64,000 nucleotides of DNA from Octopus vulgaris. Taxonomy: Eukaryota. The DNA is taken from the NCBI GenBank assembly GCA_951406725.2, contig OX597816.1, positions 34,534,001 through 34,598,000 on the forward strand. The letters are read 5' to 3'. The notes under the pieces are model-generated. The model saw only the letters and a program-made list of their open reading frames with translations. It made no database searches and was not told the DNA's origin. How positions within the stretch are numbered: position 1 is the stretch's first letter; each line of letters starts with the position of its first letter. A program made the translations under genes and the position numbers. Below are positions 42,615 through 54,739 of the stretch, in pieces.

Positions 42615-43753
42615 TCTCTGTGTGGATGTATGGGTTTAGGGTTAGAGGGGATGTGTATGTTTTGCTTGTACGGTGTGGTGGAGGTCGGGCGGTTCTCAAT
42701 TGACCAACCGTGATGAAGATAATGATAATTTTAAATTCAAACCCAATAGTGTATTTATGCCATAAGGAAAATTATTAACTGGAACACGGACATACATATA
42801 TTCCACTCTGGATCATAATGTAAGAGTTATTAATAATATTATGAATGATAACAATGATAACATTAATTACATTAATGGTATTGACAACGATAATGATACT
42901 AACTTTAATGACACTTTAGAAACTATTATGAAGTAATATAATGTACTATTGACTATGTATATTTGCATCTAGGTATTAATTTATGTATGTTTATTATCAC
43001 AATATTAAGTCGAAAAACTGAGACATTGAGTGTGGAACACATATATGTTTACTAATTTATATTATTTATTTATATCATTATGTAAATGTATATTTTTATA
43101 TGTATAGGAGTGTGAGTATATGCACTCATATGTATATATATATGTTGTATTGTGGGTACGCACCCACACCCATGTGGGTATATATGTAGACTGAGTTATA
43201 TTACATAATCTCCGAAGAGGCCTTGTGATATTTTTGTTAATGTCTCATTTATATCTATATATTGACCAACAATAAAGGGCTAATATTGGTAAAATGAGAC
43301 GTAATTATCGACATGGCCGAAACAGCTGTAAGGTCTAATTTATACTTATATTTATATTTACTTGTATTTATATTCTCCTTTATATATATTCTACTTATTA
43401 TACAGCATTACTCTTTTATGTACACTTTTTTATGTACATTCCTTTTTGTACACTGATTTGTTCTGCTTTTTATATTTAACCCTACAATCTCTTATGTGGC
43501 GGTTTAATAAAGTATGTGATTGAGTATTATCTGGTAATTGATATTTGATTTAGATGTATTTCTCCATTGTCTTATCTTGTATTAGTAATTTGTGGTAAAT
43601 CATTTTATCTTTGCCCATATAATACAGTAAATGAATTGATTGCATCGCAATCATTAACATTTATGTATTAACTTTGTTGGGTACTTCACTAGCAGTATAT
43701 TGGATATGCGTTATCCCATAGAGGGTTGCATTTACAACCCCTATCTCAATTTG

Positions 43754-43754
<1 letters not shown>
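42612..43754 (+). mobile_element. Non-coding HHR-bearing element inserted in (TA)n (PLE pseudo-LTR/retrozyme-like)
   Basis: Bounded by (TA)n on both sides (~42583-42611 and 43755-43800). No ORF. Contains the HHR motif at 43208-43334. Confidence 0.6.
43208..43334 (+). ncRNA. Type I hammerhead ribozyme motif with long stem II
   Basis: ATCT-CCGAAGA-GGCC...GGCC-GAAA-CAGCT-GTA-AGGT. Stem II is extended by TTGTGATA/TATCGACAT and a nested GTCTCATTT/AAATGAGAC. Stem III is the palindrome ACAGCTGT. The predicted cut is after A43330. Confidence 0.78.
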
Positions 43755-43795
<41 letters not shown>

Positions 43796-44099
43796 TATAT
43801 ACCTCACTCTCTACTATTGTTTTCTTGGACCCATATGCTTACTTTTGCTTAAATTTTCATGCACTTAAATATTTGTGAATATAGTGAAAGCACTTCATAA
43901 AGACATGAAAGCCAGGCTAACATTTGTGGAACTCTTTCTCAGCTCGTTGTTGTAAAGAATGTTGTGTGGCAGGTAAACCCGATGCACCCTCCCGTTTTGC
44001 AATATATTTTGCTGACATGATCTATCATGCTCCCTAAGACAAAAGTGAGGAACATATGAAATATGTGTTGCCATTGGACGTGTATTTGATCGAAGGATG

Positions 44100-44830
44100 G
44101 GATTTAAGAGTAAAACATTCATTATATTAACATACCTACTATATAGTGAAGATTACGACTGTGTCAGTCTTACAGATAATGGATTTCCATCGTTGATTTC
44201 TGCATTTGATTTATTAGGTAATATATTGGGTTTAACTATAAATTTAAAGAAAGCGATAGTTTTGAATTATAGTCTACCTTGTCAGTTATGCCACAACCTC
44301 ACACATGAGTGAAAGATAATCAACTTTGGTGTATTGAATCCACATATATCATGACGATTGGAATCAGAAATATGGCAAAGGAGTCAGAAGGCAGCAATGT
44401 CTCTTACTAGTTTAGGGTTTCGATATCTGGTAACAAAGACATAATATCAATGAATCAAACATATCTGTTTACAAGTCGTTTGTATTATCCGTTCCTTCAT
44501 ACTACTCTGAAACTTGGATATGTTACAAAATTCTCTTCTGACTGATGTAACGATACCATCGAAAATTCTTGCACTGTATTCTATGAATAAAATGGAATTC
44601 GTTAGCCTTGTTCTAGATGCATCTTGTATTTATTCCATCCATGTAATAATTTTGGATAATCAAAGGTGATGGTCTGGATATATTGTCTGCAGTGTCGAAG
44701 AAGGTCCCCTTAAGCAATTTTATGGCGAGCTTGTACAGGGGTAGAAGAAATGGTACAATGCAAAACAGGACATACAAGGATGCATTAAAGCAGAACTTGG
44801 TGAGTGTAGAAATAGTTAAATAAATGGTAA
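44100..44830 (+). mobile_element. Decayed RTE-clade LINE, RT and C-terminal region
   Basis: YLLYSEDYDCV (cf. LLYADDC), LGLTINLKKAIVL, VYKSFVLSVPSYYSETW, RYHRKFLHCIL*IKW, WSGYIV and FYGELVQG. Confidence 0.8.
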
Positions 44831-45617
44831 ACGTCACAGCGTATCGATCTATTTGTCATTGAAAACCTGGTTCGTGTGACTACAGTCTAATACAGGTAAA
44901 TATGGGGAGCAACATGGGTTTATAAAGGAAATCACGATAGTGCAAGTAAATATTAAGAAAAAAGAAAAAAACAACTGCCACTGAAAATATGAACTTGGTG
45001 GAATATATTCAACTTTAATATTTTGAAGTAAAATCTAGTTGTCTGCGGCTAGACGTTAATTTCACATAGGAACAAAAAATAAGGTGCTCTCTACTAATTC
45101 TTATATGCCTATAAGTGTGTCCTTATCACTGTCACATATGGCATAATATTTGAAACTCTCGAAAAGGTTTATCCTACAGACACCACAGGCACTTCAAGCT
45201 GCATTCAAACTGGTGTGCAATTCATGTAAACGTCTTTCAAACGTATATTTGGCCAACAACCCATATTAGATGGTATACAAGAATTGAGCATCGTGAACAC
45301 TGAGATACTAGAACACTGTGTTGAGCATACACCCAACGTATCTCTTTTACTTGATTCACTCATCAAACCGCAGCAGTGGTAAGACAGCGCTGTGATTTAC
45401 TAGTCGAACGAATCGGCTCCAGGCGTTCTTTGTTATCAAACATGGTCCTTATCTATCGGTCTCTTTGCCAAACCGTTATATTATGGGGAAGTAAACACAG
45501 CAACACGGGCTTTCAAGCGGAGTGGGGTGCAAATACATACATAAAGAGATGCGCACATGCATATATATGTGCATGTGTGAGTGTGTGTGCGTGCGTGTAT
45601 GTGCGTGTGCGTGCATG

Positions 45618-45666
<49 letters not shown>

Positions 45667-46729
45667 GCACACACACACACTAAATACCTCAAAAACAGGC
45701 TTAAGATATTGACCCGTATTTGGAGGAGGAAGGTGGGTGTAGAAATTGTGCTCTTGTTTCAACCGATCTAAAAACTATACACAAGTCTTCGTAGAAAGGA
45801 ATTCAAATCTCTGAAATGGGGAATATATGCAAATAGCGTAAAATCTGTTAATGTGTTGCGGCGTTGAACAAGTAAAGCAAGATTACATTTTGAAATAGAA
45901 GCGGTTCTTATGTTATAAGCATTATTTATATCACATAATATATGTGACTTGTTTAAATGCCCTTTATATCCAGTATTCTCTCTTCAGAGTAAGACACTAT
46001 CAAACATCGAATAATAAAAGAAAAAACATGGTAAGCATGATAGAATATGTCATGAAAACATGGAAATTTAATTTGATCTGTCTCTTTGCCGATGAATATT
46101 GGAAGATAATTTGGATGAATCCGTAAATTATTCGCTTCAAATGATCGACCGACAACATCAAATACAGACACCGTCTATTTTAAGTCAGTAGTCTGTCCAA
46201 TAATTTCCTTTAACTGCAGTATATTTCTAACCCAGTGATACATGATTCGCATATCTACTATATATATATTTACATTACACAACGCTATTTACATCAACTG
46301 CATTTGCAACTGAATATATTAATCTTCGCCAGTATTCATGTACACCAATGTTTCGTTTACTGATTTCTGTACAGGAGAGTCGCTTTTTTTCCTGGTTTAC
46401 CAAAAATGCTGGTGGATATTCCTAACTTAGGAGAATAAATGTGTTTAAAGCAGGTCTAACAAGCGATCGAGGCCATTCAGACAAATTATCTATATTTTAT
46501 GACTCGAGTTTCTATGGCAAGTTTTAAAGTAACTTCTCATATACGAAATGGTGATGAAGTTAGGTCAAGGTTATACGTGCATGCTCACACACAGATATAA
46601 AGCCTGCTTTCCAACCACATTCCTCCTGGTTCAGTCTCACTGCGTGACAACTTGTGCATGTGTCTTCTACTATATCTTCGGGCCGACTTAACTGGATTTG
46701 ATAGACGGAAACGGAACGAAACCTGTAGA

Positions 46730-46772
<43 letters not shown>

Positions 46773-46810
46773 TGCTAAGTTCCTCGCAAGCAATGTATGA
46801 GATTTGCTGT

Positions 46811-47625
46811 GTGTCCTGCTGGAGAAATGAGTTGATAAGGTAATCGAAGTAGTCGGAGTGTGATAGAATACTTAAACTTAGACTAGTGCTGCAACATGGA
46901 TTAGCAACCATTATCGAGGCCTCTGCATCGCAGCCAGGGCAACCTGAGGAACAGAAAGCCCGATTTTATGCCGCCCTCTTGCGGAAAACCTCTACGATGA
47001 ATGAGAGGGACCATGTTTTGGGGTTGGCGACTTCAATGAGCATGATGGAAAATATCCAGGGAGCTTCCATGGAGTACAAGCTGGCAACAGATTGGGTTCC
47101 TGCAATGAGGAGGGAACCATGATGCTAGAGCTCCGTCCTGCAACGGATCTTATGATCTCTAATACTAACTTCAAGGCAACTGTCAGTCACATGTTCACCT
47201 ACCAGTATGGTGACTACACTAGTCAGATTGATTACACTCTCTCGCTATGAAACGAGAAATGTAGTTACTTACAGAAGCCATAATTTTCCCAGTGTAGAAT
47301 GCACCCCACAACCTAGGTTAGTAGTTAGCATCTTCAGGATTAGAGCTAAATGGCTTCCCAGAAAACGACCAGCATGGAAAGAAAGGTCTGGAAGCTTAAG
47401 GAACTTCCGAATGGACGGGGATTTAGAGACGTATTACGAAAAAGAGGAGGAAATAACATCATATAATGTAGAGGACAACTGGAGATCCCACAGGACAACC
47501 AGTTGAGGGCTTCTGACCAGATTTGCGGTTGGTACAAAGTTCCCTGTCGACCTAAGGTAACGTGGTAGTGGAACAATATAGCTGACATGGCCATTAGGGA
47601 AAAGAAACAGTCTCGAAAGATTAAT
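46811..47625 (+). mobile_element. Decayed RTE-clade LINE, AP-endonuclease fragment
   Basis: DRILKLRLVLQ, SQPGQPEEQKARFYAALL, NEEG..LE...DLMISNTNFK, FTYQYGDYTSQIDY, ECTPQPRLVV and DQICGW...VTW*WNN. Confidence 0.88.
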
Positions 47626-48445
47626 GAACATTTTGTAATTTGTAATTTTGTTTTAATTGAATAAAAGGACAGTGATTTCGAGGGGTTATCGGTCGGCGGG
47701 GGCCGGTGCCCCTCCCATTGTTGTTCATCATTATCATCCTCATCTCATTAATGTCTTTGTCCAGCGTGCAGCTACTTCTACTATAGGGATGGAAATATAG
47801 TATGGTACTGTGACATCTTAGCTGAAATTGTTTTAAGAAAATATTCTACTTTCTATGTTCTATGTTATATATTTTAATGGTTATTGATATTTATATATAT
47901 ATAAAGCATAATCTGTTATACATGTATTTAAATAGTTATAATTTTTTTTATGTAAATAAATAGACATAATAACGTCTAAACGTTTATGAATACCATCTCT
48001 TGATCCCCTCTATTTCTTATTGTCGGATATAAATGTGTGTGTGTGCACGTGTGTGTATGGAGTGTTTACTTCGCCGTAAATTAGCGGTTGAGCAATTCAG
48101 ACTGATGAAATGAGTACTAGGCTTTAGAAAACAAGACTTGGGATCGGTTTGTTCGTATAAAATCCCATCAATGCGGGGCACCAATATGGACGCGGTCAAA
48201 TGACTGAATCAAGTAAAACAATAAAAGAATAAATGAATATGCATGTATGTATGTAGAGAGAGACAGAGACGGATATTCTGTGAATTAGATGTATGTATCG
48301 GAATCTGATATCTTTTGTAACTATATTCGAAAAAAAATACTTCTTTAGATATTGCAAATGTACATATACAATCATGCACACTTGGGTATGACAAAAATTA
48401 ATACATTTCGCATTTGCCAAGCATTTGGATTTCTATCTGACAGCA

Positions 48446-48530
<85 letters not shown>

Positions 48531-48534
<4 letters not shown>

Positions 48535-48754
48535 TTATTTAAAGCAGCAAATTCAACAAAACCTGTTATTCTGAGTTTCCCGTTGCCGTTCAACGGACAG
48601 TTTTTGCTAGAAAACTGTCCGACGAATGGCAACGGGAAACTCAGAGTAACAGGTTTTGTTGCATTTTCTGCTGCTTTAAATAAAGCATATTACTCTACCA
48701 CAGGTATTTGAGTACACTTTTGTCCACCTTGTTTCACATTTATGTGTTTACTCC

Positions 48755-48756
<2 letters not shown>
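48531..48756 (+). mobile_element. Short fold-back element (inverted pseudo-LTR-like dimer) carrying hammerhead motifs, inserted in (TA)n
   Basis: 48534-48684 is a ~150-bp near-perfect palindrome centred on TTTT-TGCTAG-AAAA, followed by a ~70-bp unique tail ending TACTCCGG. (TA)n lies on both sides. Confidence 0.85.
48611..48657 (+). ncRNA. Minimal type I hammerhead ribozyme motif
   Basis: AAAACTGT-CCGACGA-ATG-GCAA-CGG-GAAA-CTCAGA-GTA-ACAGGTTTT. Stem I is AAAACTGT/ACAG(G)TTTT, stem II is tiny with a GNRA loop, and stem III is ACTC-A-GAGT. The predicted cut is after A48648. Confidence 0.72.
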
Positions 48757-48802
<46 letters not shown>

Positions 48803-48819
48803 TATATAGATATTATATA

Positions 48820-49219
48820 GGCGCAGGCGTGGCTGTGTGTGGTAAGTAGCTTGTTTACCAACCACATGGTTCCGGGTTCAGTCCCACTGCGTGGCACCTT
48901 GGGCGAGTGTCTTCTACTATAGCCTCGGGCAGACCAAAGCCTCTTGAGTGGATTTGGTAGACGGAAACTGAAAGAAGCCCGTCGTATATATGTACATATA
49001 TATATGCGTGCGTGTGTTTGCGTGTCTGTGTTTGTCCCCCTAGCATTGCTTAACAACCGATGCTGGTGTGTTTATGTCCCCGTTACCTAGCGGTTCGGCA
49101 AAAGAGACCGATAGAATAAGTACTGGGCTTACAAAAGAATAGGTCCCGGGGTCGATTTGCTCGATTAAAAGGCGGCGCTCCAGCATGGCCGCAGTCAAAT
49201 GACTGAAACAAGTAAAAGA

Positions 49220-49220
<1 letters not shown>
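48820..49220 (+). mobile_element. Full-length SINE family A (reference copy)
   Basis: tRNA-like head GGCGCAGGCGTGGCTGTGTGGTAAG...GGGTTCAGTCCC, central TA/TG microsatellite, 3' tail GCAGTCAAATGACTGAAACAAGTAAAAGAG, embedded in (TA)n. More degenerate copies lie at ~45345-45540(-), ~46590-46730(-), ~48045-48225(+) and ~62650-62770(-). Confidence 0.93.
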
Positions 49221-49264
<44 letters not shown>

Positions 49265-49786
49265 TTACGAAGAATTGAATTTAACTAATAATTTAAGACG
49301 AGTAAATCACAATGCGACTATGAAAATAGATACTGACAATAATATTACCATGGTAATTAAAGTAAAAGGAAGATTGACGGCGGATAGACATAACAATGTC
49401 AGTTTTGATGATGAGAATGAAGAAAAGCTAAAAGCAGAGCAAGAATCAAGAACAATGAAGAAAAACGTTCAATTGCAATTATATATCTATATACCTTATA
49501 GAGTGTCTGCATCTCTTACAATAATATTTGCCAAAATATGATTTGATTTAAGAAATATCATAGTTACATCAATCGATGTACACCATGGTTTTCAGCAATA
49601 TATTTTAAAATTAATATTTATAGAAATTGTGACCCGAGATTATTAGACATTTAAGTTTAAAATATGCACATAAATGAATAAATACATACACCCATATATG
49701 CAGGTACACACACACATATACCCACTCATATGTATATATAAACAGATTATATATATGCATATATGGGTATATATATATGTGTGTGA

Positions 49787-49839
<53 letters not shown>

Positions 49840-50159
49840 GATAGATCTGTTACTCGTAAACCTATCGGAATGATATCAGTGCACTGAGAAATTTCAGTTT
49901 AATACCGTGTAATAACAGGCCAAAACAAAAATCCTCATGATTAACAAACTTTTTGATATGTAAACATTTCGGCAGAATTAGACAGTCGTTTATTAGAATG
50001 AAAGGAAATAGTAACAAAATAATTGCAATGGACATTTCCATTTAAAATTTGAATAAAAATTACTGAGAGAAAACAATGGGAAACCACCATAAATTCTGAA
50101 ATATTGAAACTTCCTCAACAGGTTGCAAAAAAATATAAAGTAATAACAAATAAAAATTA

Positions 50160-50195
50160 ATAATAATGATAATAATAATGATATTAATAATAATG

Positions 50196-50277
<82 letters not shown>
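50160..50277. repeat. (AAT)n microsatellite
   Basis: Directly visible. Confidence 0.97.
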
Positions 50278-50279
<2 letters not shown>

Positions 50280-52220
50280 TTATGTAGAAGTTGAAACTAC
50301 TATAAACTGATTATATCGCTTCATTTGCATTCTTTTCTCTTCTGTTGTCTCAACATCAAAGTTAGTAATCACTGAATGAACAATTTGCTTTAATGTAATC
50401 TCATCTTGATAATACTCAAGTACCTGCCTTTATGAAGAGAGAATCGGTTCCATTATCAACTGTAGTTGAATCTGTTGACAAATTCTTTGTAAAATTCCTG
50501 ATAATTTTATTGTGAAATTTGAATGTTATAAATCATTTCAGAAAAATATCAGCTACACATATAGAAAAAAGAAACGAAAAAACTTTTCAGTTTCAGTAAG
50601 CCAAAAAGAACAATCGTAACTGAAACTTCTGTTGATCCATTATCATTTGTATTTAACTCAGGTATGCAGTATACTTCAGTCATTAAGTATCATGATATTT
50701 TGTTTTTGATCTCAAAAGTCTTAAGTAAATATGAAAAGAATATTATTATTTATTCGGTCAATTGCCTAGTCAAATAATCAATTTCTTAACTTAATTCTAA
50801 TAATTAGTAAAATAATTATTGTTATCGATTTCACTCACTCTATGAGAAATTCCTTCTATCAGTAGAAGATACGAAGATATTTATCATGACGTTGATATCA
50901 TTGAATTCTCTCGAGAATAATCGTCATTATAATTTAATTATAGCCAATACTTAATGGAATTTTAGCAATATTGGATGTAAATGAGATGGAATGGTTCAAG
51001 ATTAAAATCAATTTATTATCCCTATCTATGAAGCACATTATTCCAATGTATGTGTCTATTCTTCATAACACAAAATTTTGAAAGATATGGACTTAATTGA
51101 CTTCACAAGAATCCTTAAATAAATATTGATTATTTCATATTTTGCGTAATAGATTCATTGTTAAAAGTGCTATATATATATATAGCTACGTAACAATCAT
51201 GTCGCTGTTATGTCGCGTTTATAGTGAGTTCTATAAGATAGAATAAATACATCGGTACGGCATAAATATAGATGAGCGTGTATAGTTTTGGAATGACTGC
51301 ATCAACATAATTCGGCCTGCATTCTGTTTCGTGGAATTAAAGAGCAATAAGAACAAGTAAAATATAGTATCCACGATAATTGGGGGCCAGTGTGTCACCG
51401 ATCGAAATAGGTAACATTGCTTCATTAACGTTAAATTCATTCATAAATTCAGAAAGCACCAGATGTTAGTTGTCTCAGCACGTGAGTTGGGAATAATCGA
51501 TCTTAGTAATTTTTCGATTGCAAAACGCTGAGACATTTAATGCAGTACTTCGGATTTTCGGGATAATAACTCATGAACTGTTTATTACATGTTTGTTACG
51601 AAGCTCATTTCAATTGATGCATTTTCCTTTTTACAAATTTTAAGTTCTAATAATTTTGCAGAATTACAAACGTTTTGTGTGGCATATACACATGGGCTTC
51701 CTGCATCTCGCATTCTAGCAGTATTGCTTTTTTTCCTTTTTCGTTATGGTCCTTAATTACTTAATTACAAAATGAAATTGTTTTTCTGAGTTGATATATA
51801 TGTAAATAATATTTGCATAAATCACGTGTTAGATTATTTATGAATGTATTATAATATTCGTAACCAAGCCAAGATTAGTATAGTAAACAGACGCAGTATT
51901 CTCGTAGTTTTATATGTCATGATATATAACTAAAGTTTGGCTGTGAATCGTACGTGATTTTAGTTACCTATGGATGTAAAAGAATGGAGTCGGGCATAAC
52001 AATTTCAGAATAGAATTCATTAGAAAAGAATGAAATATAATTTTCCAACTGTTGTATGAGGAAACATTGATAAATTGACTTTAAATTTAATATTCACATC
52101 TCTAACGGCAATAATACGCGTTTACCAACTTGTATAGTGAATGTTCTATCAAGGAGAATTTTTATTTGAATCTACGACGAAGAAGAGGAACTAAAATCAT
52201 AGGCTTTCAATGTATGACTA

Positions 52221-52251
<31 letters not shown>

Positions 52252-52510
52252 TAGATAGAAAAATATATCTTACGTCTATGTTATTGCTTCATAAAATGTG
52301 AAAGGCATTCCATATAATGTTAGACGGACATATTCATCAATTTAACTGAGGATTGTTTCGTAATCTACATGACTATTGATGGAAGAAATTATAATGGTAT
52401 CATCCGTGACAATTTTGACTGGTAGTTTTTTCTTTTTTCTTTCATATAATTAACACAAATATATATTTTTATTTACTATGTATGTATGCATATATATATA
52501 TATATATATA

Positions 52511-52677
52511 CTTAAATTAGAGATAAAAGCACTATTAGGCAAATCAAACAGTGAAAAACATAAACCAAAACAAAGAAATAAAATTAATTAATATAAAATA
52601 CAAAATATATTAAATTCGAAATTTAAATTATTTAAATTTAAAGTTAAAAATAAAAAATTATAAATTCATATTTATAA

Positions 52678-52733
<56 letters not shown>

Positions 52734-54215
52734 ATATTTTTAATATTAATTTTAATTATTTTATTTATTTATTAAGTTTTTATTTATTAAATGTATATAA
52801 CTAACAAAAAGTATTAAAAGTTTAATATAAGATAAAAAGTAAAACCACTACGATCGTTTCATGCTCATAACCTAATTCGAATAACAATAATTTAAATACA
52901 TTTACTAATTCGAATTATGTTTATAGTCAATCTTCAGGTTAATAATAATAGTAAATAAATAATCAAATATATTTAAACAATATTTTTTAAGAAATAAATA
53001 AAATAATAATTTTTCTTATAAAATAATAATTTTTCTAATACAAAATCTCTATTATCAAACTTTAACGATTATGATTATGTCATACAATCGATTATAATGT
53101 TAAACATTAATTTTTAAGGTAAGAATAGATAGAAAATGTATCTATTTATTCAGATATAATATAGCTTAAAAAAAACATAAACCTACAAATAATCTAATCA
53201 CAGTTATAGTGAATATCTAATTTACCTAAATATTTAGCCAAAAAATAATCAAAACAAATAATCATTATTCCTATTATTAAATTTAATTTCAAATCAAATA
53301 ATTATATAATATTTGAATAATAACGAAATTATCAATGAATATATATAAATGTATATAAATATAATAATTAAGATCTAAAATTATCTCTATCAAAAAATAT
53401 ATATGCACGTATAATAGAAATCTAATGAATTAATATTTATGAAATATATTAAAAATTAAAAGATTAAAGATGAAAAAGCAAATTGTATACAAACAAACTA
53501 ACTATCTTAATAGAACGCTATAACTAATTATCGATCCATATATCTCATGGCTAATTAATAACTTACAAAAACCGTATAGTTAAGAACAAAAATGAAATAA
53601 TGAAATACATATGTTCAACAACTAACTACTTAATGAAATTATCAATCCGTAGTTATATAGTATCCAATAAATACTAGGAATATATTTATCAATGAAAATA
53701 CTACTGCAAATTATTAATTGAAAATAGCAATATATAAGATATAATAGACGCAGTCAACTATTAGAGATATTTATGAATATATAAAATAGCTTAAAATAAC
53801 ATAACCTCACAAATATCCTTAACTCAGTTATACTCCAAAGATTTAATTACCAAATTAATTAACTAAAAAATAATATTCATATATTAGATTTAAGTATACA
53901 TCTAACAGTTATAAAATATTTAAAATAATAACTAACTATCAACAAATATAGTTAATAACGACTAAACGTTATGCTCTCAATAAATGTAAATACATGAAAA
54001 CTAACTTTAAAAAGTCGTATTACTATTAACGACTTATATATCTCTTTGGCTTACAAATAAACGTAGAGTTAAAATCTAATAATTATATAAATAACTACGA
54101 TAACTAAACCATTACATAACGATCAGTATTTATATAAAATACAAAATTATATAATAAGACTTATTAAAATATTTAAATTTTAAAATTTAAAGATCTTAAA
54201 TATAAATATATACTT
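52511..54215 (-). mobile_element. Extremely AT-rich non-coding element with an HHR and internal diverged direct repeats
   Basis: Starts directly after (TA)n and is markedly more AT-rich than its flanks. Diverged repeats lie at 53161-53249 and 53786-53874, and the HHR at 52846-52940. The right boundary is approximate. Confidence 0.55.
52846..52940 (-). ncRNA. Type I hammerhead ribozyme motif with canonical core and long stem II
   Basis: Minus strand AAC-CTGAAGA-TTGACTATAAACATAATTCGAAT...ATTCGAATTAGGTTATGAGCAT-GAAA-CGATC-GTA-GTG. Stem III is the palindrome ACGATCGT and the triplet is GUA. Stem I is only 2 bp. Confidence 0.75.
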
Positions 54216-54344
54216 AGATTTGCAAGGTTTTGTGTGTGTGTATGTATGCATGTATATAGCAAAATAAATACTTTACATTTGGTAGCTTGCTGGTAAAATA
54301 CGGTCACTTTCACAGTGTCGTTATGTATATGGTAAAGGAAAAAC

Positions 54345-54694
54345 GGAAGATGGAATATATGAGATTTTTTTTAATCAAGACAATTATTCCGACATGTCTA
54401 GCATCACTTAACTCCTGATTCAGGAGCATCCGGCGGTACAGATATGTGTCACCGGGTGATAAATAGATACAAATCGTTACAATTATATTTCCACAACGTA
54501 TCTTCTCATTTCGTATAAAGAAAAGCAGCAAAACGAAGGAAATTTCTTCATTTATATAGGTCAAAAACAAAATCACAGATACGAAAAAGATGCTCCTGAA
54601 CCAGTAATTAAGTGTCCCACCTGTGACGGCTCGTTCTTAGATGCATCGAAACAATTGTCGTGATTGATAAAAATGCTCGTATATTCCATCTTCC
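54345..54694. mobile_element. Inverted-repeat element whose arms are hammerhead-like cassettes
   Basis: The left arm 54345-54430 (GGAAGATGGAATATATGAG...CAGGAGCATC) is the reverse complement, with an internal deletion, of the right arm 54589-54694. The right arm has GATGC/GCATC-GAAA-CAATT-GTC-GTGAT, with ATCAC upstream. Confidence 0.75.
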
Positions 54695-54708
54695 AACATT
54701 CATTTTCC

Positions 54709-54739
<31 letters not shown>

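Noticed and set aside
42631-42644. GGGTTTAGGGTTAG telomere-like motif
   Set aside because: Fewer than three units, not distinguishable from chance.
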